From: Vampirovibrio sp.
Lineage (GTDB): Bacteria > Cyanobacteriota > Vampirovibrionia > Vampirovibrionales > Vampirovibrionaceae
DNA length: 64,000 bases
Direction: 5' to 3'
Assembly (NCBI GenBank): GCA_019634025.1
Contig: JAHQWC010000154.1
Span: 1,309-65,308 of the forward strand
This document shows, piece after piece, positions 56,231-64,000 of this stretch. The number at the start of each line of letters is the position of its first letter. Positions within the stretch are counted from its first letter, which is position 1. A program made the translations under genes and the position numbers. Under the pieces are notes generated by a model that was not told the DNA's origin, ran no database searches, and saw nothing but the letters and a program-made list of their open reading frames with translations.

Positions 56231-57823
56231 TTACTCTTCGTTCTTATGCCACACCAGGCTATACAAGTCATGCCGGCGGTCTCGCAGGTTTTGGACGGTG
56301 CCCATATTTCGGGCGCGGTGCAGGTTTTCCATCCGCAGGTCGGCAAAGGCCACAGTTTCCACGTTTGGGGTGGTGTCGGCGGCAATGCCATCTCTCGAAA
56401 ATGCAAAGTCGCACGGGGTTAAAATGCAGCTCTGGGCATACTGAATATCCATATTGTGGACCCTGGGCAGGTTCCCCACGTTGCCGCTCAGCACCACATA
56501 GCACTGGTTTTCCACGGCTCTGGCTTGGCAGCTGTAGCGTACCCGCAAATAACTTTGGCGCTCATCGGTACAAAACGGCACAAACAACATGGTGGCGCCT
56601 TGATCCACCAAGTGCCGGCTTAATTCCGGAAACTCCGCGTCATAGCATATCAACACCCCAATGGGTCCGCAGTCGGTTTCAATCACATCCAACTTATCCC
56701 CACCTTCAATATTCCACCAGTACCGTTCGTTGGGGGTGGGATGAATCTTGGCCTGCTCATGGATGGTGCCGTCTCGCAGGCACACCATCGAAATATTTTG
56801 AATCGCCGTGGTTTTGTCCTTATGAGGTACCTTGGTGGGATGCGATCCCGCAATAATATTCACGTTGTACTTGATGGCCAACGTGCTAAAAAACGCCTTT
56901 AACCGCTCGGTATAATCCGTTAAATGATCAATGGCCTTTTCCGGGCGTACCGGTTCGTTTTCAATCGAGAGCAATTGCAAGGTAAACAGTTCCGGAAACA
57001 CCACAAAATCTGCCCGGTAATCCGAGACCACATCCACAAAGTAGGTCACAATCTGCTCAAACTCTTCAAAAGATTCGATCCGCCGTTGCTGATACTGCAC
57101 CGTGGCCAGCCGAACGGTATCAGACGATCTGAATCCATACTTTTTGTCGCTGGACGCCTCGGCCTTATTTACCGACGGGTTGTACCACACCATGTGCGAG
57201 GCGTAGGCCAACGATTCCCGGTCACTGGGCAAATAATCTTTTAACACGCCAATGACCTCAAACCCCCGGCGTAGTTGAAAGGCCAATACCGGATCCCGGA
57301 TCTCTTTGTGTTTCACCATCTCCACATAGTTATCTACCGTCTTGGCCTTGGCCAGCCGCTTATGCAGCAACGGCATTCTGCCGCCAAACACAATGCCTTT
57401 CAGCCGGTAATGGCGGCACAGGTTTTTTCGCGCCGTGTATAACCGATCGCCAATGCGGATTCCCCGGTAGTCCGGGTCGACAAACACTTCCATCCCATAC
57501 AAATAATCCCCCTCCGGCTCATGGGTCGATCCATATCCTCCGCCGGTAATTTCCCGCCAGGTGTGGGCGGCAAAGGCTCTTTCTTTGGAGATTCTTATCG
57601 TCGCGCAGTACCCGACCACCTGCCCTTCGTAGGTGGCGACGAACTGACCTTCGGGGTAGTTATTAATTTGCCCCCGCAACACCGATGCCGTGTAAGGAGG
57701 AATGTCCGTATATACCTTGGTAGACAGCGCCTGAATGTCTTTGACGTCAGACGTCTTGGCATTGCGAATGACCAGCTTCGGCTTCTGGGTGTCTTTTTTC
57801 AAAGCTGTTTTTTTCTTTGCCAT
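56231..57823 (-). CDS. Bifunctional GNAT N-acetyltransferase / carbon-nitrogen hydrolase (nitrilase superfamily) fusion protein
   Basis: N-terminal GNAT fold (…QFVATYEGQVVGYCATIRI…), then a CN-hydrolase domain (VVFPELFT…, ICYDAEFPE with catalytic Cys, …ENQCYVV). Confidence 0.7.
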   Translation of the reverse strand: MAKKKTALKKDTQKPKLVIRNAKTSDVKDIQALSTKVYTDIPPYTASVLRGQINNYPEGQFVATYEGQVVGYCATIRISKERAFAAHTWREITGGGYGSTHEPEGDYLYGMEVFVDPDYRGIRIGDRLYTARKNLCRHYRLKGIVFGGRMPLLHKRLAKAKTVDNYVEMVKHKEIRDPVLAFQLRRGFEVIGVLKDYLPSDRESLAYASHMVWYNPSVNKAEASSDKKYGFRSSDTVRLATVQYQQRRIESFEEFEQIVTYFVDVVSDYRADFVVFPELFTLQLLSIENEPVRPEKAIDHLTDYTERLKAFFSTLAIKYNVNIIAGSHPTKVPHKDKTTAIQNISMVCLRDGTIHEQAKIHPTPNERYWWNIEGGDKLDVIETDCGPIGVLICYDAEFPELSRHLVDQGATMLFVPFCTDERQSYLRVRYSCQARAVENQCYVVLSGNVGNLPRVHNMDIQYAQSCILTPCDFAFSRDGIAADTTPNVETVAFADLRMENLHRARNMGTVQNLRDRRHDLYSLVWHKNEE

Positions 57824-57838
57824 CTAGCTTTTTGCCGT

Positions 57839-58927
57839 CTAGTCCAAACGCTTTTCGGTCTTGGCGTCAAACAGGCTGGTGTGGTTCAGGTCAATTTTTA
57901 AGGTTACGGGTTGGCCCACGGGCGTCTCCACATCCGGCGGCAGCTTTGCCACAGCGGTACAGCCCCCGATTTCAAAATGCACCATGTTTTCACTACCCAG
58001 GGGCTCAATCATGGTTGGGGTCAGGGTGATTTCGGGCCCTTGAATATCAACGCTCATGGGTTCAAAATGTTCGGGGCGAACGCCGAGCACTAGTTGCTGG
58101 CCGTCGGATAGTCCTTCTGCAGAAGTCACTTTGGGTAACGGTAACGTGGTGCCGTCTGACATCACCAATGCATTTTTTTGTTTATCCTGTTTATCCAATG
58201 TGCCGCTTAAAAAGTTCATCTGGCCAATGAACCCGGCCACAAATAAGTTGGCGGGTTGGTTATAAATGGTCAGTGGATTATCTACCTGTTGAATCACGCC
58301 CTGATCCAAAATCACAATCCGATCCCCCATGGTCATGGCCTCTACCTGATCATGGGTGACATACACCGTGGTGGCGTCTAACCGCCGGTGTAGCCGGATA
58401 ATCTCGCTGCGCATTTGCACTCTGAGCTTGGCGTCCAGGTTGGACAGGGGTTCATCCATCAAAAACACTTGTGGGTCCCGTACAATGGCCCGGCCCAGGG
58501 CCACGCGCTGGCGCTGCCCACCAGACAGTTGCTTGGGTTTGCGTGTTAAGAGATGCGCCAAATCTAAAATCTCAGCGGCGTCCTTCACCCGTTTATCGAT
58601 GTCGGCTTTGGCAAATTTCCGCATCTTCAGGCCAAAGGCCATATTGTCGTATACGTTCATGTGTGGATACAGCGCATAGTTTTGAAACACCATGGCAATG
58701 TCCCGGTCTTTGGGGGCCACCTCGTTGACCCGTCGCTCCCCAATTTCAATATCCCCACTGCTGGCCGTCTCTAGCCCGGCAATGATCCGAAGGGCCGTGG
58801 ATTTACCGCAGCCACTGGGCCCCACCAGCACCACAAACTCGTGGTCTGACACGGTGAGGTCAATGTTTTTCAACACTTCCGTCTTGTCAAACGACTTACA
58901 AAGCTGATTTAAAACCACTTGCGCCAT
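57839..58927 (-). CDS. Sugar ABC transporter ATP-binding protein (MalK/UgpC/MsmK-like, with a C-terminal TOBE domain)
   Basis: Walker A GPSGCGKST, signature LSGGQRQRVALGRA, Walker B VFLMDEPLSNLD, plus a ~120-aa C-terminal regulatory domain. Confidence 0.85.
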   Translation of the reverse strand: MAQVVLNQLCKSFDKTEVLKNIDLTVSDHEFVVLVGPSGCGKSTALRIIAGLETASSGDIEIGERRVNEVAPKDRDIAMVFQNYALYPHMNVYDNMAFGLKMRKFAKADIDKRVKDAAEILDLAHLLTRKPKQLSGGQRQRVALGRAIVRDPQVFLMDEPLSNLDAKLRVQMRSEIIRLHRRLDATTVYVTHDQVEAMTMGDRIVILDQGVIQQVDNPLTIYNQPANLFVAGFIGQMNFLSGTLDKQDKQKNALVMSDGTTLPLPKVTSAEGLSDGQQLVLGVRPEHFEPMSVDIQGPEITLTPTMIEPLGSENMVHFEIGGCTAVAKLPPDVETPVGQPVTLKIDLNHTSLFDAKTEKRLD

Positions 58928-59102
58928 AGCTCAATTATCCGCTTATTCTCAAAATTTGACAAACGAAAAATCCAGAATAGGGGGCGCTGATCTGTTATGA
59001 GTGTCGTGGAAACTCCACTGCCTGGTGGGTTTTATTTGGCTTTTCAGGCATCCCGGCTATAATAAACAGGAATTCCAGATATTAACGTCATTGAGGTGTC
59101 TT

Positions 59103-61319
59103 ATGCTGAATCGACCATTGTTGAATCCACCATGGGCTTCGTTCCAATATTGGGGGGTGATTCTGGTAATGGTGGTTGTGGCGTTTGGCCTGTTGGTGCA
59201 ACCAAGTCAGGCCCAGCTCACGTTTCATGTTGAAACCGAATCGGGTGTCAGTGTTGAAGTTTCTGGCGATAATCGCATTCGTACCGATAACACCTTAATT
59301 CTATACACCTCGGATTATGGCGACTCTACCCGGACCAACCCTTATGGGGTTGAGGTGGTGGCGGTGCAGACGGATCCCATTCAGGGCAGTTATGAAGTGA
59401 AAACCGTTAGCCAATACCCTCACTGTAAAAAGACCACCGAACCGACTTGCGGCAATGCGGATATTCCCCCTTCCGGCATTGTATTATCGGCAGCCGGCAG
59501 CAAGCGTCCTCAGTTGTTGGATAACCTGCGGCCCGGTGATCTGTTCTACCTTAAAAAAGAGTGGTTCCAAGAGCGAGCCTACCCTATTTCTGTGGTGGAT
59601 CCCACGCCGATTACCAACCCAAAAGGCTCTGGTTTTCCAGGTGTTCGGGGGTCTAATCAATTGATTTTGTATGATCGCCATTATGGATACGGCAAAACCG
59701 GCACCAACGAATTTGGGTATGAAGTGACGGTGGTGCCCCAACAAGATGCCCAAAAGAACACCACAGAACTGTTGGTGGTTGAGCACGAAGGGTCTGACTC
59801 TTCTATTCCCGTCAACGGGTTTGTCCTAAGTGGCCATGGCCGGGCGCGTAACTGGCTGATTGCCAATACACCCATTGGCGCCAAAATAAACTTTAGTACC
59901 GATGACACCAACGGCAAACAGGTGGTGGTGAGTACTGTGGATAGCGGTACGTATCGGTACCAGTTGCAACGCCGGATGGAGCAGGCCAAGTGTATTGGCG
60001 TGAATGCCCGGCATTTGTGTGAACAACGCTATGTGACCCTGGGTGACATTCGCCGACTGGAGCTGGAGAGTCAGCACGAACAAGCAGCCGAGCTTGCCAC
60101 CAATACCCTGACTCGACTGAACAAGGCGTTGTGGTCTGAATACCCGGCCTTCCCTGCTCAGGCAGTTAAAGGCATGTGGCACCGCCCGGTAGAAACCTCT
60201 CGTAAAGAGGTTGCCGGCACCTTAGACTTTTTTCAGAAGGCCGGGATTAATACCCTGTACCTGGAAACCTTTTTTCATGGGTTTACCATCTTTCCGTCTA
60301 AAACATACGATGCCTATGGACTGCCCAACCAATATCCCAAGTTTACCCAGGCATCTGGCGGGTTTGATGAGGCGGATCCGTTAAAGGTATGGATTGAAGA
60401 AGCGCACAAACGCGACATTGCCCTGCATGTTTGGTTTGAAACCTTTTATGCAGGGAACAAAGGCCCTAATGGTAAATATGGCCAAGAAACCGGTCCGATT
60501 CTGGCCAAGTATCCCCAGTGGGCCAATGTGCAATATTCGTCCAAAGGTCATGATGGACCTTCTCCTTCTACGTTGGAGCTGGGGAGCTTCTTTTTGGATC
60601 CGGCCAACTACGAGGTGCAGGCTTTTGTTTTAAAGCTGGTAGAAGAAATGGTGACCAACTATGACTTGGATGGGGTGCAGCTGGATTACATCCGGTATCC
60701 GTCCAGCTTTCCCAAAGACCGCTATAGCTACCTGAAAACCACCTGGGGCTATACGCCGGTATCTCGGGCGGAGTTCAAAAAAAATCATGACTTTGATCCC
60801 ATTCTGTTTACCAAAAAGAATTACCAGCAGGAGCATCAGGCCAAGTGGCGGGCATGGGAATCTTTTAAGGTGGATCAGGTGAACCGGTTTGTGCGGCAGA
60901 CATCAGAACTTATCGAAACGAAAAAGCCTTCGGTAAAATTATCTGCCGTGGTGTTTGCCCACCCGGAAGAATCTTTGGTTCGCAAGCACCAGGAATGGAA
61001 GACATGGTCGGAGCAAGGCTGGGTGGATTACCTGGTGCCCATTACCATTACCAGCGCCGTAAAAGTGGTGCGCAGTGATATTGAACAGGTGGTAAACGCT
61101 ACCCACAACAAAACACCGGTGGTGGCCGGGGTGTTTGGACCGTTTAACAGCAACTCTACCGAGCATCTGCTGGATCAGATTGATGCCGCCCGGATGAGTG
61201 GCGCCGGTGGGTTTGCCATTTTTGATTCAGCCCACTTTACCGGCCAAATGGCCCAGGCCCTCAAGGCGTCTCAAGCTTCCAGCAAGCAGGTTGGTCCTGG
61301 GTTACCGCCAACGCCTTAA
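59103..61319 (+). CDS. Glycoside-hydrolase-like family 10 (GHL10/YngK-type, DUF4015) protein with a signal/TM anchor and two tandem N-terminal beta-rich repeats
   Basis: N-terminal hydrophobic anchor (WGVILVMVVVAFGLLVQPSQA). Two ~150-aa repeats (…TLILYTSDYGDSTRTNPYGVEVVAV… / …QLILYDRHYGYGKTGTNEFGYEVTVV…). TIM-barrel region …LYLETFFHGFTIFPSKTYDAYGLP…YIRYP… is typical of GHL10. Confidence 0.55.
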   Translation: MLNRPLLNPPWASFQYWGVILVMVVVAFGLLVQPSQAQLTFHVETESGVSVEVSGDNRIRTDNTLILYTSDYGDSTRTNPYGVEVVAVQTDPIQGSYEVKTVSQYPHCKKTTEPTCGNADIPPSGIVLSAAGSKRPQLLDNLRPGDLFYLKKEWFQERAYPISVVDPTPITNPKGSGFPGVRGSNQLILYDRHYGYGKTGTNEFGYEVTVVPQQDAQKNTTELLVVEHEGSDSSIPVNGFVLSGHGRARNWLIANTPIGAKINFSTDDTNGKQVVVSTVDSGTYRYQLQRRMEQAKCIGVNARHLCEQRYVTLGDIRRLELESQHEQAAELATNTLTRLNKALWSEYPAFPAQAVKGMWHRPVETSRKEVAGTLDFFQKAGINTLYLETFFHGFTIFPSKTYDAYGLPNQYPKFTQASGGFDEADPLKVWIEEAHKRDIALHVWFETFYAGNKGPNGKYGQETGPILAKYPQWANVQYSSKGHDGPSPSTLELGSFFLDPANYEVQAFVLKLVEEMVTNYDLDGVQLDYIRYPSSFPKDRYSYLKTTWGYTPVSRAEFKKNHDFDPILFTKKNYQQEHQAKWRAWESFKVDQVNRFVRQTSELIETKKPSVKLSAVVFAHPEESLVRKHQEWKTWSEQGWVDYLVPITITSAVKVVRSDIEQVVNATHNKTPVVAGVFGPFNSNSTEHLLDQIDAARMSGAGGFAIFDSAHFTGQMAQALKASQASSKQVGPGLPPTP

Positions 61320-61562
61320 TTCAATCGTTTTGTCGTCATTCTGGGCGAAACAACGTGGAGAGCCGGAATGACGAGTAATTGCCATTTTTTAAACCTCTGC
61401 TCCTTCCTCTTACCGGTGCAAGCCGGTATAATAAGTTTTGTTAATTTGGTGGCCGTCCAAGATATCCACAAGTCGGTTGTGCCTGGTGGTGTGTGAATCA
61501 TCCGGTGCTTTTCAAACTATATAGGCGCCAAGGATAGAGAGACATAGAGAGAGGCCCGAATA

Positions 61563-61913
61563 ATGAGCCGATCCATTTCCAACCAGTACCACCCATGCCG
61601 GTGGTACGACCCTTACCCACGGTTGGCGTATGCCCTGAAACTGATGTACTTTGCCCCCAAGGTGTTGCAAGAGAAAGCGGTGAAGGAGTTGTCGTCGTTG
61701 CTGGTGTCGCATTTTGCCACGCCGTTTAAGCAACCGGAGAAACCAGACTACAAGTCTAATTTTGCGGGCAACCGCTGGTACGATGTGTCTGATGAGGCGA
61801 CGGAAACCGTAGAAATGTTGAAGCTTTCGCCGGATTCTCTGAAGGAATTGTCGGCGAATCAGTTGATTGAAACATTAACGGATATGGATCGAGATGTTGC
61901 CCAAGCCGGGTAA
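61563..61913 (+). CDS. Hypothetical protein (116 aa)
   Basis: Intact ORF with no recognisable motif. Followed by a terminator. Confidence 0.35.
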   Translation: MSRSISNQYHPCRWYDPYPRLAYALKLMYFAPKVLQEKAVKELSSLLVSHFATPFKQPEKPDYKSNFAGNRWYDVSDEATETVEMLKLSPDSLKELSANQLIETLTDMDRDVAQAG

Positions 61914-61966
61914 CTGCTAAGTCTGTCATAGAACAAGAATGGTAGCTTTATATTTGTTCATGAAAA

Positions 61967-61994
61967 CCCTCGATAGATGATCGGGGGTTTTTCG
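61967..61994 (+). terminator. Rho-independent terminator
   Basis: CCCTCGAT-AGATG-ATCGGGGG followed by TTTTTCG. Confidence 0.6.
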
Positions 61995-62521
61995 CTAAAT
62001 TCGGCAGGAAGCATGGTTGCTGTGCCAATTTGTGAGGTGAATTGGCTTTTTGTCGTTGTGCAACAGTGTGAAGGCCCACGTTGCCATGGTTTTGGCGAGG
62101 GCTTTTTTTGTGAATTTCTGTAAAAAATTATTAAAAACGTAGTAACAATTCAAGACAATCCATCTTGAATTGATATAAATAGATCAAACTCTAACTCTCT
62201 ATCCTTTGTGCCTGTTGTTGAATTTTTTCAACAAGGGCATTTTTTTTGATCTTTTTTCTCTTGTTGGATCCGTACTATTTTCCCTTATAACCCGATTGGG
62301 TTTCGCCTCTGATAAAGACCCGGTTCCCGCCACGATCCACTTTGGGTGAGCCAACCGGTTTGGCTTTCTGGATGGGGAATGTTGTTCCTGCCTCTAATTG
62401 CTTGGTTATCTTACCAAAAAACCGGAAAAATCATAGCCCTAATTTTTATTACCTGGTGTGTATACTTTTAGAGCCTAAGGCTGAATATACGTGTGTTACA
62501 GCTGTGGTGCAACGGAGGTGA

Positions 62522-64000
62522 TTACTTTACCTTTAGAGTCGGGAAGGCAATGACGTCGCGGATGTTGGCGGAGTTGGTGAGGAGCATAATGAGGCGGTCG
62601 ATACCAATGCCCATACCACCGGTGGGGGGCATGCCGTATTCTAATGCCGTTACATAATCTTCGTCCATCTGGTGCGCTTCGTCATCTCCGGCTTCTCTGG
62701 CCTCCAATTGAGATTCAAACCGGCCTCGTTGATCTAAGGGATCGCTAAGCTCAGAAAAGGCGTTAAAGACTTCCCACCCGTTGATGCGGGTTTCAAAGCG
62801 TTCTACCAGGCGAGGGTTATCCCGGTGCTCTTTGGCCAGGGGAGATATATCGCGGGGGTAGTCGGTAATGTGGATGGGTTGTATGAGGCTTTCTTCAATT
62901 TTGACCTCAAAGACCTGCTCGACCACCGAACCCCAGGATTCGTTGTCTTTGACCTGAACGCCCAAATCTTTGGCGGCTTTGCGGGCGTCTTCTGCGGTTT
63001 CAATTTTGGCAAAGTCCACGCCGGTTTCTTCCAGTACGGCGCCGATCATCGTTTTTCTTGCCCAGGGGCGTTTGAGGCTAATGGTGTGTTCGCCAAAGGT
63101 AATCTCAGTGGTACCTAATACTTTAAGGGCGACGGCTTCCACCAGCTCTTCGGCCAGGTCCATCATGTCGTTGTAGTCGGCATAGGCCTGGTACAGTTCT
63201 AACATGGTGAACTCTGGATTATGACGGGGGGAGATGCCTTCGTTGCGGAAGTTTCGGTTCATCTCAAACACTTTTTCCGCCAGGCCACCGACGATGAGTC
63301 GCTTGAGATATAGTTCCGGCGCGATGCGCAGGAACATATCTTGATCCAGGGTGTTGTGATGAGTAATAAACGGTTTGGCTGCGGCGCCGCCGGCAATACC
63401 TTGGAGCATAGGGGTTTCCACTTCAATGAACCCTTTGGCGATCATGAACTGGCGAATTTCGGTGACCAGCAAGCTGCGTTTGAGGAGCGTGTCCCGGCTT
63501 TCGGGGTTCATAATGAGATCCAGATACCGTTGCCGGTAACGGGTTTCTACATCGGTGAGGCCGTGGAATTTCTCGGGTAGGGGCAGCAGTGATTTGCCCA
63601 GGAGTTTAAAGTCCGTGACTTTAATAGACAGCTCTCCGCGCGGGGTGCGGCGCACGGTGCCGGTGGCGCCGATGAGATCGCCGATGTCCAGCAGTTTGAC
63701 GCCAGCCAACTGGTCTTCGCTTAAATTCTCTTTGTGGCAAAACACCTGGAGTTTGCCGGTGGGGTCTTGCAGGTCGATAAACATGCCGCTGTTGCGCATG
63801 GCCATGATGCGGCCTGCCACATGCACCACATCAGACGTTTCTTCGCCGGTGGGCAGGTCTTTGTATTTGTCTTGCAGCTCTTGGTTGCCGTGGCTTTTGT
63901 CAAAGGTGTAAGGGTAAGGGTTGATGCCTTGATCCCGCCATTGGGTGAGCTTATCGATTCTGCCTTGGCGGATCCGGTCGCCTTGGGAGGCGTCAGTTTC
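62522..64000 (-). CDS. lysS: Lysine--tRNA ligase (class II), 5'-truncated at window edge
   Basis: N-terminal anticodon-binding OB fold (…VHVAGRIMAMRNSGMFIDLQD…) and class II motifs (…FRNEGISPRHNPEFTMLE…, …GGMGIGIDRLIML…). The frame remains open to position 64000. Confidence 0.9.
   Translation of the reverse strand, partial: ETDASQGDRIRQGRIDKLTQWRDQGINPYPYTFDKSHGNQELQDKYKDLPTGEETSDVVHVAGRIMAMRNSGMFIDLQDPTGKLQVFCHKENLSEDQLAGVKLLDIGDLIGATGTVRRTPRGELSIKVTDFKLLGKSLLPLPEKFHGLTDVETRYRQRYLDLIMNPESRDTLLKRSLLVTEIRQFMIAKGFIEVETPMLQGIAGGAAAKPFITHHNTLDQDMFLRIAPELYLKRLIVGGLAEKVFEMNRNFRNEGISPRHNPEFTMLELYQAYADYNDMMDLAEELVEAVALKVLGTTEITFGEHTISLKRPWARKTMIGAVLEETGVDFAKIETAEDARKAAKDLGVQVKDNESWGSVVEQVFEVKIEESLIQPIHITDYPRDISPLAKEHRDNPRLVERFETRINGWEVFNAFSELSDPLDQRGRFESQLEAREAGDDEAHQMDEDYVTALEYGMPPTGGMGIGIDRLIMLLTNSANIRDVIAFPTLKVK

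Noticed and set aside
1-64000. Search for CRISPR arrays, tRNA/rRNA genes, IS elements and integrases
   Set aside because: No regularly spaced direct repeats, no cloverleaf-compatible 70-90-nt segments in intergenic regions, and no transposase- or integrase-like ORFs were seen. Their absence is by visual inspection only.

Overview
The window looks like a chromosomal segment from a diderm (LPS-producing) bacterium with ~50% GC. It is gene-dense on both strands and has no rRNA, tRNA, CRISPR array or obvious transposase that I could find. Housekeeping content is clear: a partial korAB-like 2-oxoacid:ferredoxin oxidoreductase, an lpxD-lpxC-fabZ-lpxA-glmU lipid A/UDP-GlcNAc cluster, alaS, an msbA-like exporter, mreB, trmL, hemD and a partial lysS. 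There is an ATPase-less sugar ABC uptake operon and a separate MalK-type ATPase, a PhoB/PhoR-like two-component pair, and an OprB-type outer-membrane porin with an N-terminal SLH domain. The SLH porin and the lpxC-fabZ-lpxA order suggest a cyanobacteria-related or other deep-branching diderm lineage, but this is inference only. The most unusual locus is at 52.1-54.6 kb. Three adjacent genes share a homologous ~50-aa N-terminal module: a GH24 T4-type lysozyme, an M23/LytM peptidase, and a small protein with no catalytic domain. Two of the three also carry a duplicated ~55-nt upstream DNA element with identical internal spacing, and all three 5' leaders share an AGGTTGG motif. This looks like a paralogous family of modular peptidoglycan-hydrolase effectors (polymorphic-toxin, phage-derived or predation-related), and I think it is undescribed as a family. 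Other notable loci: an overlapping N-acetyl-sugar amidotransferase / amidase-signature / TagF-like trio; a modestly AT-richer islet carrying an aminotransferase-like gene, a glycosyltransferase and a PhyH-type dioxygenase; and a His-rich repetitive lipoprotein divergent from cutA. All calls come from reading the translated ORFs and DNA by eye; no database searches were run.
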